NCBI GenBank assembly: GCA_040218735.1
Contig: JAVJQW010000043.1
Span: 352,001-416,000 of the forward strand
Reading direction: 5' to 3'
Source of the DNA: Deltaproteobacteria bacterium
GTDB taxonomy: Bacteria > Myxococcota > Kuafuiibacteriia > Kuafuiibacteriales > Kuafuiibacteriaceae
Length of the DNA stretch: 64,000 bases
In this document: positions 39,240-48,541 of the stretch, one piece after another
How the letters are laid out: each line of letters starts with the position of its first letter
Numbering within the stretch: the stretch's first letter is position 1
Made by a program: the position numbers and the translations under genes
Notes under the pieces: model-generated
Told to the model about the DNA's origin: nothing
What the model saw: the letters and a program-made list of their open reading frames with translations, nothing else
Database searches by the model: none

Positions 39240-40535
39240 TTGGGGATCGAACACCACAGAGGACTTCACCTTCCGTTGCTTGGATGTCTCGTGCTCGGCG
39301 CGCTCGCGCTCGGGTCGGCGTGTCGAGACCAAGGCGGCGTGCCTGTCGATCGGAGCGACGCCGGTACCAGCGCGTTGACGTGCATGACGACCACCGACTG
39401 CGGCGGCACCGGCGTGTGCGTGGCCGGGCTGTGTCAGCAGGTCACGTCGTGCAACGAAGACAGCGAGTGCGCGGCGGACAACAAGGTCTGCCACAACAGC
39501 CGCTTCTTCTGCGTCGAGTGCGACGGCCGTGAAGGGCAGTGCGGCACCGGCTTCAGGTGCCAGTTCGACTTCACGTGCGCCGAAGTGACGACGTCCACGA
39601 TGTCGGAGCGCAACTGTATGGCGTCCTGTACGGACCGCTCGATGTGCAACCCCGATCAGGTCTGCGACGCCGAGATGGGCCAGTGCTGCGATCCGCCGCG
39701 CCGTTGCCGTTCGCCGGCCGACTGCCCGACCTCCCAGCCCGAGTGCAACGGCGCCAACGGCTCGTGCTTCGGCGGCGACGGCTGCTTCGACAACGCCGAG
39801 TGCGAGCAGCAGCCGGGCTGCGCCGGCGGCCTGTGTGAGTGTGAGATCGTCGGCGGTGGCTCCGGTACGTGCGTCATGCGCGGCGCCGAGTGCGCGAACG
39901 ACATGGACTGCTTCGACAACGGCACCTACGACGGCAAGTACTGCACGCTCTCGATGCCGCCGCCGCGTTGCCTCGAGGCGCCGATGTGCACGGACTCCGT
40001 CGCGTGCTCGCGGCTCGGTCTCGTCTGCGACATGACACAGGGCAGCCCGAGCTTCGGTCGCTGCAAGAACGGCGACCCGTGTCCGATGGGGAACGAGTGC
40101 GGCGCGAACCAGGTCTGCGCGAACGGCGTCTGTGTCGGTGAGAACTGCTCCAACAACCCGGCGCTCTGCGGACAAAACGAGATGTGCGACGGCGTGTCGC
40201 TCACGTGTGTCCCGGTGCAGGGCGGCACGTGCACGGTCGATACGGACTGCCAGGCCGGCTACTACTGCGAGACGTCGATCAGCGAGTGCCGCGTCGGCTG
40301 CCGCGACAACTCGGAGTGCGGCTCCGGCATCTGCAACGCGATGCACCAGTGCGAGCAGCCGGCCGGCGGGCTGTGCGGCGCGTGCGCGACCGACGCCGAC
40401 TGCCCGGCGGGCGCGTCCTGCAAGGACATCACCGGCCAGATGAAGTGCTACGAGGACTGCAACACGTTTACGGGTCAGGACTGCATGATCGACCCGAGCG
40501 CGACCTGCTTCATCACCGTCTGCTCCTGCCTGTAA
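39240..40535 (+). CDS. Very Cys-rich repeat lipoprotein
   Basis: GSAC lipobox; more than 10 CxxxxxC...C modules. Confidence 0.8.
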   Translation: MGIEHHRGLHLPLLGCLVLGALALGSACRDQGGVPVDRSDAGTSALTCMTTTDCGGTGVCVAGLCQQVTSCNEDSECAADNKVCHNSRFFCVECDGREGQCGTGFRCQFDFTCAEVTTSTMSERNCMASCTDRSMCNPDQVCDAEMGQCCDPPRRCRSPADCPTSQPECNGANGSCFGGDGCFDNAECEQQPGCAGGLCECEIVGGGSGTCVMRGAECANDMDCFDNGTYDGKYCTLSMPPPRCLEAPMCTDSVACSRLGLVCDMTQGSPSFGRCKNGDPCPMGNECGANQVCANGVCVGENCSNNPALCGQNEMCDGVSLTCVPVQGGTCTVDTDCQAGYYCETSISECRVGCRDNSECGSGICNAMHQCEQPAGGLCGACATDADCPAGASCKDITGQMKCYEDCNTFTGQDCMIDPSATCFITVCSCL

Positions 40536-40591
40536 ACAGGATACCTACACGCAACTACCTGTCCTCACCTGCCGATAAGGCAGGTGAGGCC

Positions 40592-41218
40592 ATGCGCGCT
40601 GCGCCGATCCACGCTCCGATGGAGGATGCACCGACTTCGGTGGATCCCCCGCGAATTCGAAGGGTTCGAGGCGCACGGGTCCGTCTGGAGCCCCCGCCCG
40701 AGGCGGAGGAGCGAGCGGGGCCCACGTTCCACGGCGTCCGGGGGGACCCTGGGAATCGGCTCGCCCGCGCGCCGCTCACGGCGGTGCGGATCCGCGAGGC
40801 GATCGCGCTGCGGAACCACCGGATCGACCAGGCGGAGCGCGCCCCCCCGCCGCGCGCCGGACCGGCGCGCGTCCCCATCGACTGGGTGCGCTCGCGCGAC
40901 GCTCAGCAGCAGATCCGACAGACGGGCCCCGATCGGCTCCGCATCCTGCGGACCGGCGCCGGACGCCCCGGCCCGAATCCGCGCCACCCGCACCGACCCG
41001 TCACGCCGCTCACCCCCGCGGTGAGCGTCGCGATCGACGGGCTCGTCTACACCGTCGTCGTCACGCCGGGCGCGACCCCCGAAGCGACGGCGCGTCTGCT
41101 CGCGGAGCGCCTGAAGGGCCGCTATCACGTCGAAATTCGAGAGGTTTCAGCCTCGAGCGCGACCGTTCGTCTAAAGCCTCCCATACTAAGGACCACCGAC
41201 CCGAGCCGCGCACGTTGA
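40592..41218 (+). CDS. Hypothetical protein (disordered N-terminus, small globular C-terminus)
   Basis: GAGG before ATG; fills the gap; C-terminal part looks protein-like. Confidence 0.45.
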   Translation: MRAAPIHAPMEDAPTSVDPPRIRRVRGARVRLEPPPEAEERAGPTFHGVRGDPGNRLARAPLTAVRIREAIALRNHRIDQAERAPPPRAGPARVPIDWVRSRDAQQQIRQTGPDRLRILRTGAGRPGPNPRHPHRPVTPLTPAVSVAIDGLVYTVVVTPGATPEATARLLAERLKGRYHVEIREVSASSATVRLKPPILRTTDPSRAR

Positions 41219-41262
41219 CTTTGGAATCAACCGGACGGACCCTGCCAAAAGTGTGGAGTAGC

Positions 41263-41279
41263 ACTCCACGCTTATCCAG
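41263..41279. promoter_or_regulatory. Palindromic operator-like site upstream of the acyl-CoA dehydrogenase pair
   Basis: GTGGAGT-AGC-ACTCCAC, immediately upstream of SD GGAGG. Confidence 0.5.
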
Positions 41280-41293
41280 GGAGGACCATCCGC

Positions 41294-42493
41294 ATGATTT
41301 CGTTCGAGCTCGACGAGGCCCAGGCGCTCTTCGCCAAGACCGCGTCCGACTTCGCGCGCGACCGGTTCCGGCCGGCCGCACGTTCCGCTGAAGCCGAGGG
41401 TCGCGCCGCCGACGCGCTGACCGCCGAGTACACGTCGCTCGGCTTCGGCGCGTTGGATCTGCCGGAGGCGATCGGCGGGCTGGGGCAGGGCCTCGCGACG
41501 CGCGCCGTCGTGGAGGAGGCGCTCGCGTTCGGTGACCTCGGGCTCACGCTCGCGATGCCGAACCCCGGACCGTTCGCCGACGCGTTGCTCGCGTTGGGCG
41601 ACGACGCGGACCAGGCGCGTCACCTCGCGCCGCTCGTCGAGGCGGGGCGCCGCGGCGGTCTGCTGTGGTCGGAGGTGAAGCCGCGCGCGCGTACGTTCTC
41701 GACCGTCGCGCGCGAGGTCGACCGGGGCTTCGCGATCGTCGGTCGCAAGGCGCACGCGGTCGCGGCGCGCGAGGTCGCGTCGTTCGTGGTGTTCGCTCGA
41801 ATGGAGCGCAACGATGGAGAGGTCCGGCCCGCCGCGTTCGTCGTGCCGGCCGACGCCGACGGCGTGCGCGTCGGTGAGCCGATCCGTGGCCTCGGGCTGC
41901 AGGCCGCGCCGACGTGTGAGGTCACGTTGGAGGACGTCGTCGTCGACGCCGACCACCGCCTCGCGGCCGCCGACGAAGACTTCGACGGCCGGGTCGTCAC
42001 GATGTGGTCGCGCATCGCGATCGTCGCGGCGGCGCGGAGCGTCGGGCTCGCGGCGGCGGCGTTCGAGTACGCGCGCGCCTACGCCGCCGAGCGCGAGGCG
42101 TTCGGAAAACCGATCGCACATTTCCAGGGGCTCGCGTTCCTGATCGCGGACATGGCGACGCGCGTGGAGGTCATGCGCGCCCTGGTGATGCGCGCGGCGT
42201 GGGCGTTCGACACCGGCGCGAAGGACCGCACGAAGTACGCGGCGATGGCCGCGGCCGAGTGTCACGAAGGAGCGATGTTCGTCGCGAACCAAGGGGTGCA
42301 AGTGCTCGGCGGGGCCGGCTTCGTGCGCGACCACCTGTCGGAGAAGTGGATGCGCGACGCGCGCGCGCACATGGCGTTCGGGATCCCGTCCGCGCTCGCC
42401 GACCTGATCGTCGGGCGGCGAGCGCTCGGCGAGAGCGACGCCAACCTCCAAGAAGATGCCCCGATGCCCGAGCTGCAGCCGGTGATGGCGTAG
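41294..42493 (+). CDS. Acyl-CoA dehydrogenase family (degenerate subunit)
   Basis: REAFGKPI..FQG and GVQVLGGAGF motifs; lacks the C-terminal I(Y/F)EG glutamate. Confidence 0.85.
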   Translation: MISFELDEAQALFAKTASDFARDRFRPAARSAEAEGRAADALTAEYTSLGFGALDLPEAIGGLGQGLATRAVVEEALAFGDLGLTLAMPNPGPFADALLALGDDADQARHLAPLVEAGRRGGLLWSEVKPRARTFSTVAREVDRGFAIVGRKAHAVAAREVASFVVFARMERNDGEVRPAAFVVPADADGVRVGEPIRGLGLQAAPTCEVTLEDVVVDADHRLAAADEDFDGRVVTMWSRIAIVAAARSVGLAAAAFEYARAYAAEREAFGKPIAHFQGLAFLIADMATRVEVMRALVMRAAWAFDTGAKDRTKYAAMAAAECHEGAMFVANQGVQVLGGAGFVRDHLSEKWMRDARAHMAFGIPSALADLIVGRRALGESDANLQEDAPMPELQPVMA

Positions 42494-42510
42494 GCCCGAA
42501 GGAGACCGAC

Positions 42511-43698
42511 ATGGAATTCGAGCTCACCGACTCCCAGCAGAACGTCCGCCAGCTCGTGCACTGGCTCGCCAAGGAGCGGATCCGTCCGCTCTCGCTGCAG
42601 GCGGATCGCGACCACACCTGGCCCAACGACTTCCTCCTCGAGCTGAAGCAGATGGGCGTCTCGCAGAGTGCTTCCTCCGCCGACGACGGGAACACGGATC
42701 GATCCGGCCCCAAGCAGACGAGCCGCAGCGCGGTCATCGGCGCGGAGGAGATGGCGTGGGGCGACGCGTCCCTGATCCTCACGCTCCCCGGCCCGGGCCT
42801 CGGCGGTCCGCCGGTGCGGATGACGGGGACGCCCGAGCAGAAGGAGCGCTTCTTCGCGCCCTTCGCGAAACAAGACGAGGTGCACTGGGGCGCGTACGCG
42901 CTGACCGAGCCGGCCGCAGGGAGCGACGTCGCGGGCATCCGAACCACCGCGAAGAAGGACGGCGACGCGTACGTGATCGACGGGACGAAGTGCTACATCA
43001 CCAACGGCGCGCGCGCCGACTGGGTGGTCGTCTTCGCCACGGTCGACCCGTCGAAGGGGCGCGCGGGGCACCGCGCGTTCGTGGTCGAGAAGGGGACGCC
43101 GGGGTTCTCGGTCGGGAAGATCGAGGAAAAGATGGGCCTGCGCGCGAGCGAGACCGCGGAGCTCGTCTTCGAGTCGTGCCGCGTCCCGGTCGACAACCTG
43201 CTCGGCGGCGAGGCGCTCTACGAGAAGAGCGACGGCTTCAAGACCGCGATGAAGACCTTCGACAACACCCGCCCGCTGGTCGCGGCGATGGCCGTCGGCA
43301 TCGGGCGCGCGGCGTTCGAGCGGGCCCGCGACTTCGCGAAGGAGGCGTACGTGCTGTCGAGGCCGATCGCGAGATACGCCAGCATTCGCGCGATGTTGGG
43401 GCGCATGGAGCGTCGGCTCGAGGCGGCGCGTCTGCTCACCTGGAAGGCCGCGACGATGGCCGACCTCGGCATCCCGAACACGAAGGAAGCGTCGATGTGC
43501 AAGGCGTTCGCGGCGGAGGTCGCGCAGGGCGTGACCATCGATGCGATCGAAGTGATGGGCGCCGCCGGCAACCACGCGGACGCGTTCGTGGAGAAGTGGT
43601 TCCGCGACGTGAAGGTGTACGACATCTTCGAAGGCACCGGACAGATCCAACGCATCGTGATCGCGAAGCGGTTGTTCGAGACGATCCGATCCTTCTGA
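42511..43698 (+). CDS. Acyl-CoA dehydrogenase
   Basis: ALTEP.AGSD, KCYITNG, KMGLRAS and IFEGTGQIQ motifs. Confidence 0.92.
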   Translation: MEFELTDSQQNVRQLVHWLAKERIRPLSLQADRDHTWPNDFLLELKQMGVSQSASSADDGNTDRSGPKQTSRSAVIGAEEMAWGDASLILTLPGPGLGGPPVRMTGTPEQKERFFAPFAKQDEVHWGAYALTEPAAGSDVAGIRTTAKKDGDAYVIDGTKCYITNGARADWVVVFATVDPSKGRAGHRAFVVEKGTPGFSVGKIEEKMGLRASETAELVFESCRVPVDNLLGGEALYEKSDGFKTAMKTFDNTRPLVAAMAVGIGRAAFERARDFAKEAYVLSRPIARYASIRAMLGRMERRLEAARLLTWKAATMADLGIPNTKEASMCKAFAAEVAQGVTIDAIEVMGAAGNHADAFVEKWFRDVKVYDIFEGTGQIQRIVIAKRLFETIRSF

Positions 43699-43700
43699 AG

Positions 43701-43804
43701 CGCGATCGATGATCGCGATTCGGCCGCATCACATCGGGCTTTGATCGATCATCGTCGTCGTCGATCGATCACGACTCGGATCGATCGACGACGATCCGAG
43801 TCGT
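43701..43804. repeat. Three consecutive inverted repeats containing nine GATC sites
   Basis: CGCGATC/GATCGCG; TGATCGATC/GATCGATCA; ACGACTCGGATCG/CGATCCGAGTCGT. Confidence 0.7.
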
Positions 43805-43844
43805 CGCCAGCCATAGTTCGCAGGAGCATGCAATGCGCATGTTG

Positions 43845-43873
43845 TTGACATCGTCTCTGGCGCTCCGTACATT
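43845..43873 (+). promoter_or_regulatory. Sigma70-type promoter of the histone-like gene
   Basis: TTGACA-17 bp-TACATT. Confidence 0.7.
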
Positions 43874-43921
43874 TCGCTCAACTTTTGCCTCGGTACGTCC
43901 GAGGCACGAAAGGTGAATCGG

Positions 43922-44185
43922 ATGGCAACCAAGAAGAAGACGACGAAACGCAAGACAACGAAGCGCAAGGCGACCAAGCGCAAGCCGGCCGCCAAGAAGA
44001 AGGCCACGAAGAAGAAGGCCACCAAGAAGAAGGCCACGAAGAAGAAGGCCACCAAGAAGAAGGTGACCAAGAAGAAGGCCACCAAGAAGAAGGCTACGAA
44101 GAAGAAGGCCACGAAGAAGAAGGCCACCAAGCGCAAGGCGACCAAGAAGAAGGCCACCAAGCGCAAGGCGACCAAGCGCAAGTAG
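43922..44185 (+). CDS. Histone H1-like Lys-rich DNA-binding protein (87 aa)
   Basis: Tandem K(K/R)KAT pentapeptides; GAAAGG SD; own promoter and terminator. Confidence 0.8.
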   Translation: MATKKKTTKRKTTKRKATKRKPAAKKKATKKKATKKKATKKKATKKKVTKKKATKKKATKKKATKKKATKRKATKKKATKRKATKRK

Positions 44186-44236
44186 CCCGTACCTTCCGAG
44201 AGGCAGGAGCCTCTTCTTCGAAGAATAGGATCGCTC

Positions 44237-44279
44237 TTCGGCCCGCCCTCCCTCGGGAGGTGCGGGCCGAAACTTTTTT
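44237..44279 (+). terminator. Intrinsic terminator
   Basis: TTCGGCCCGC...GCGGGCCGAA stem followed by a T6 run. Confidence 0.75.
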
Positions 44280-44342
44280 GGGGCCATCCATTTTCGGCCC
44301 GACTTTTCTGGGGCCCATCCCGACGCCCCGAGGACTCCCGCC

Positions 44343-45692
44343 GTGACGCTCTCCGCCGCCGAGCTTCGTCAGATCACCGAGGAGCTGTTGCCCTTGGTCG
44401 GCGGCCGCATCCAGCGCGTCGATCTCGTCGCCGAGCGCGAAGCCGTCTTGGAGGTTCGCGTCCCGGGCCGCACCGTGCGGCTCCTCGTCTCGGCGCGCCC
44501 GGGGCTCGGGCGCGTACACGTGGTCGAATCCCGCCCTACGCGGCAGATCCCGGGGGGCAACGTGCAGGCGCTCCTGAGGCGGCGCCTCGGCGGTCAGCTC
44601 CTCGCCGGCCTGTCGTGTGTCGCGCGGACGTTCACGATCGACACCCCCGCCGCACGTTTTTCGGTTCGCATCGACGGCGGCAAGGACGCGTTTTTGATCC
44701 AGCCTCCCGTCGAGCTCGCGTCCCCCGAGGACTTGGATGTCCCCGAGGCCTTCCCGGCTTCGAAGGCCGTCGCCGATCGCTACGGCGATCGCGCGGACGA
44801 AGTGGTGCGCGCGACGAAGCGGCAACAGCTGTTGTCGGTGGTCGCGCGCAAACGAAAGAAGCTCGCGCGCCTCGCGAAGAACGTGGAGCGCGACGTCGAT
44901 CGTCTGCAGACGATGGTCGACGGTGCGCGCTTCGGCGAGCTGCTCAAGACGTCGCTGCACACCGTGAAGCGCGGCGCGACTTCGGTGACGGTCACCGACT
45001 GGTCGACGTCCGAGCCGGTCGACGTCCCGCTCGATCCGAAGCTGTCGGCGAAGGCCAACCTCGAGCGTTACTTCACACGCGCGAAGAAGGGATCGCGCGG
45101 ACTGCCGATCGCCGAAGCGCGCGCCGAGAAGATCCGATCCCGGATCGCCGAGCTCGACGCGACGCGGGATCGGATCGATGCCGCGTCCGACGAAGAGCTG
45201 GATCGGATCGCCGCGCACGACGCCGACGCACTCGCGGGGGTGACGGCGAATCGGATCGAGCGCGACGCGAAGCCGAAGGCCGCGAAGGTGAACCCCGCCG
45301 AAAAGTGGGCGCGTCGTTTCGAGGCGGTCGACGGATCCGAGATCTGGGTCGGACGAGGTGCGAAGGAGAACGACCGGCTGAGCTTCAACGTGGCGAAGGC
45401 GGACGACGTCTGGCTGCACGCGCGGGGCACCGCCGGCGCGCACGTGATCCTGAGGAACGACAAAGGGCAGTCGCCGTCGTCCGAGGCGCTCCTCGACGCC
45501 GCGCACCTCGCGGCGTTCTACTCGAGCGCCAAGAACGACGCGAAGGTCGAGGTCCTCCACACGGAGGCCCGCCACGTGAAGAAGACGAAGGGCGCGCCCC
45601 CCGGCTTGGTGGGGGTCGCCAAGAGCAAGACGCTGCTCGTCCGGATGGATTCAGCGCGCCTGGACCGCCTCCTGGGCCGGGACGCGCTCTAG
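44343..45692 (+). CDS. rqcH: NFACT family (RqcH/FbpA-like) protein
   Basis: N-terminal NFACT-N-like region; LDPKLS..ANLERYF; NFACT-R motifs VGRGAKENDRL and WLHARG.AGAHV. Confidence 0.8.
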   Translation: MTLSAAELRQITEELLPLVGGRIQRVDLVAEREAVLEVRVPGRTVRLLVSARPGLGRVHVVESRPTRQIPGGNVQALLRRRLGGQLLAGLSCVARTFTIDTPAARFSVRIDGGKDAFLIQPPVELASPEDLDVPEAFPASKAVADRYGDRADEVVRATKRQQLLSVVARKRKKLARLAKNVERDVDRLQTMVDGARFGELLKTSLHTVKRGATSVTVTDWSTSEPVDVPLDPKLSAKANLERYFTRAKKGSRGLPIAEARAEKIRSRIAELDATRDRIDAASDEELDRIAAHDADALAGVTANRIERDAKPKAAKVNPAEKWARRFEAVDGSEIWVGRGAKENDRLSFNVAKADDVWLHARGTAGAHVILRNDKGQSPSSEALLDAAHLAAFYSSAKNDAKVEVLHTEARHVKKTKGAPPGLVGVAKSKTLLVRMDSARLDRLLGRDAL

Positions 45693-45719
45693 GCACTCGT
45701 GTTACGACCGGCCCGCGGC

Positions 45720-46358
45720 ATGGAAGACATCCTCGCGTTCGTCCAGAGCAGCCCGGGCGGCTGGGGGCTGTTCGCCGTGTTCGCGGCGGCGGCGCTCGAG
45801 TACTTGATGCCGCCGCTCCCCGCGGACACCGTCGTGCTCGCGGGCTCGCTGTTCGTCGTCGCAGGGGTGCACTCGTTTCTGCTCGTCGACACCGTGGCCA
45901 TCGCGGGTGGGGCCCTCGGGGCGGCGGTTCACTTCGGCATCGGGCACAAATTCGCCAAGCCCGACGGTTCTGTCCGCGGTGGGCGCTACGTGGAGATGCT
46001 CGTGGGCGAGGGGCGTCTGGAGAAGTTCTTCGAGGTGTTCCGGAAGCGCGGCATGTGGGTGATCGCGGTCAATCGCGCGCTCCCGGGGATCCGCGCCGTC
46101 ACGTTCTTCGCCGCGGGCGCCGCGCGGCTGCCCTTTACGCGCACGATGGCCTTCGGCCTCATCTCCAACGTGGTGTGGTCCACCGCCATCCTGAGCCTCG
46201 GCGTCGCCCTGGGCGGGAACTGGGAGAAGATCGAGGCCGCGTTTGGCGTCTACAAGACGGTGGTGTACGGAGTCTTCGGGACGGCGCTCGCCCTCTACGT
46301 GGCCTACCGCCTCTACCAACGCACCCGCCGCAAACCACCGCAGGAGCCCCAAGCATGA
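45720..46358 (+). CDS. DedA/VTT membrane protein
   Basis: E..PPLPADT and NRALPGIR motifs. Confidence 0.88.
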   Translation: MEDILAFVQSSPGGWGLFAVFAAAALEYLMPPLPADTVVLAGSLFVVAGVHSFLLVDTVAIAGGALGAAVHFGIGHKFAKPDGSVRGGRYVEMLVGEGRLEKFFEVFRKRGMWVIAVNRALPGIRAVTFFAAGAARLPFTRTMAFGLISNVVWSTAILSLGVALGGNWEKIEAAFGVYKTVVYGVFGTALALYVAYRLYQRTRRKPPQEPQA

Positions 46359-47839
46359 TGCGCCGACCGCTGATCTTCGCCCTCGCCGCCGCGCTGTTCA
46401 CCACGGCGGCGCCCGTCGCCGCCAAGCCCAAGGCCCCGAAGCTCGATCGCGAGGTCTGGTACGGGTTCGAGTTCCTCGGGAACAAGGTCGGCTACATGGT
46501 CGCGCGCGACGAGGGCACGCTGCTGAACGACCAACCCGCGTATCACCTGAACCGGCACACCGTCGTCACCGTGAAGCGTAAGGCGGAGGTCATCAACGTC
46601 GAGTCGTCGACGGACCTGTGGGTCACCCCTGACCTCACGCCGCTGCGGTTCAAGAACGAGCGCCGCGAGGGGAGCGAAGTGCGCACCGTCGAGGGCTACC
46701 GGGACGGGACGTCGTTCGTGATTCGTCGCGCGCTCGGCGGCAACCTCGAGGAGCGCCGCATCCCGATGAAGGGCCTCCGCCTCGCGATGTCGCTGGACCT
46801 GCTGCTGTACCGCGGCCTTTCGAAGGGCAAGAAGTGGACGGGGCGTGCGCTCGGGGAAGAGGACGGTGACGTCCACGACTACGAGGTCGAGGTCACGGAG
46901 GCGAAGGGGAAGGGCAAGGCGCAGCGCTTCGTCGTGAAGTCGCGCGTCGGGAAGCTCGCGACGCTCTCCGTGGTGGAGCCGGACGGGACGATCGAGACGA
47001 CCGAGGTCGTGGGGATCGGTGCGAAGTACACGAAGATGCCGCGCGACGAGGCCGTGAACCTCACCGCGGAGCTCGACGTGTTCAGCCGCGGTCTCTTCGA
47101 GTCGCCGGTACCGCTGCCGCCGGGACACCAGCTCGACAGGATCACCGTCGAGCTCAAGACGAAGTCCGGGCAGCCCCCGCGTTACAAGGCGGATCGTCGT
47201 CAGAAGGTGAAGCGGAAGCGGAAGAAGAGCGTGACGCTGGAGCTGTCGACGGACCGGGCGCCGAAGAAGGCGCCTCGCCTCCCGATCCAGAACAAGAAGG
47301 TGAAGGAGTTCCTGAAGGAGACGCCGTACGAGCCGCTCCTAGACGAGCGCCTCGTCGCGACCGCGCAGCGCGTAGTGGGCGCGGAGAAGGACGCGTGGGC
47401 GGCGGCGCGGGCGATCAACGCGTTTGTGTTCCGCCACATCCAGAACAAGTCACTCGCGCGCGCGTACGCGACGGCGCCCGAGGCGCTCGCGACGCGCGAG
47501 GGCGACTGCACGGAGCACGCGACGCTGTTCTCGGCGCTCGCGAAGATCGTCGGGATCCCGACTCGCCACGCGACGGGGCTGGTCTACGTCGGCCAGAAGG
47601 ACAACGTCTTCGGGTACCACGAGTGGGTGGAGGTCTGGATGGGGTCCGGCGGGTGGGTCGCGATGGATCCCACGTTCGGTCAGGACATCGCCGACGCCAC
47701 GCACATCAAGTTCGCGCAGGGGCAGACGGACAGCGAGGGGCTGCAGGAGGCCGGGATCACGGCGGCGGCGGTGATCGGGGATCTCGATTTGTCCGTCTTG
47801 GAGTACGTTACGGTCGACGGAGCCAAGAAGAAGATTTGA
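46355..47839 (+). CDS. Exported transglutaminase-like protein
   Basis: Signal peptide; GDCTEHA, YHEW and MDPT triad; ATGA overlap. Confidence 0.88.
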   Translation: MMRRPLIFALAAALFTTAAPVAAKPKAPKLDREVWYGFEFLGNKVGYMVARDEGTLLNDQPAYHLNRHTVVTVKRKAEVINVESSTDLWVTPDLTPLRFKNERREGSEVRTVEGYRDGTSFVIRRALGGNLEERRIPMKGLRLAMSLDLLLYRGLSKGKKWTGRALGEEDGDVHDYEVEVTEAKGKGKAQRFVVKSRVGKLATLSVVEPDGTIETTEVVGIGAKYTKMPRDEAVNLTAELDVFSRGLFESPVPLPPGHQLDRITVELKTKSGQPPRYKADRRQKVKRKRKKSVTLELSTDRAPKKAPRLPIQNKKVKEFLKETPYEPLLDERLVATAQRVVGAEKDAWAAARAINAFVFRHIQNKSLARAYATAPEALATREGDCTEHATLFSALAKIVGIPTRHATGLVYVGQKDNVFGYHEWVEVWMGSGGWVAMDPTFGQDIADATHIKFAQGQTDSEGLQEAGITAAAVIGDLDLSVLEYVTVDGAKKKI

Positions 47840-48522
47840 CCCCGACCAAGTACGTCTCGTTCGTTGTCCTCGCGGATCAGCTGCACCACCTCCCCGTCGT
47901 TCTCCGCGCGGCGTTCGAGCATCCGTGGATCGGGAGCTTCCAGGTCGGCTTTGGCCCCCCGCTGCTCCAGAGCTCCGCCCGCCTGAAGGATCGCCTGCAG
48001 GGCGTGGTGGGCGCCCTCGACAAACTCGAAGCCTACTTGGCGGTCTGTGTCCTGGACGCCGCGGAGCGTGAGCGCCTCGCCGTGCAGCACCGACGGATCC
48101 TCGTCCGACGTCACGGCCCGTTGGAGGCCGAGGCGGTGAATCGAGCGAGCGCCGACGTCCTCGACCTGATGCTCCGCCTACGCTCTCCGCTCGACGCGCC
48201 GCCCGACGTGCGTGCGTCGATGGACGCCTACGACGTGGACCCCGCCTGGGTCCCCGACGACGCGGCGCCGGATCTGTTGTCGGGGCGCTTCCTCGTCCAC
48301 CTCTCCGACCCGCGCAACGAGCGCCTCCTGTACGCCGACGCGGTCCGGTCCGTCTGTGACCCCGACACCGCGCTCGCGGTCGACCTCCGCGTCCCCGCCG
48401 TGTTGCGCCCGCTGTGGGCCGCGTGGGGCCGCCACTTCGCGAAGCAGACCGGTTACCGCGTCGTCGACCTCGGCGAGCCCCCCGCGCACGCGCGGGTGCT
48501 GAGGGACGGCACGAGGTCGTAG
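47836..48522 (+). CDS. Hypothetical protein
   Basis: TTG overlaps the upstream TGA; globular composition. Confidence 0.55.
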   Translation: MTPTKYVSFVVLADQLHHLPVVLRAAFEHPWIGSFQVGFGPPLLQSSARLKDRLQGVVGALDKLEAYLAVCVLDAAERERLAVQHRRILVRRHGPLEAEAVNRASADVLDLMLRLRSPLDAPPDVRASMDAYDVDPAWVPDDAAPDLLSGRFLVHLSDPRNERLLYADAVRSVCDPDTALAVDLRVPAVLRPLWAAWGRHFAKQTGYRVVDLGEPPAHARVLRDGTRS

Positions 48523-48541
48523 CTCCAAGGGCGAGTCGGGC

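Noticed and set aside
43729-44181. Hydrophobic minus-strand ORF (VAFF repeats)
   Set aside because: Reverse complement of the Lys-rich repeat; promoter, SD and terminator all point to the plus strand
44615-46354. N-terminal extension giving a 1074-aa transglutaminase
   Set aside because: Off-frame overlap with NFACT and DedA; the real signal peptide starts at 46355
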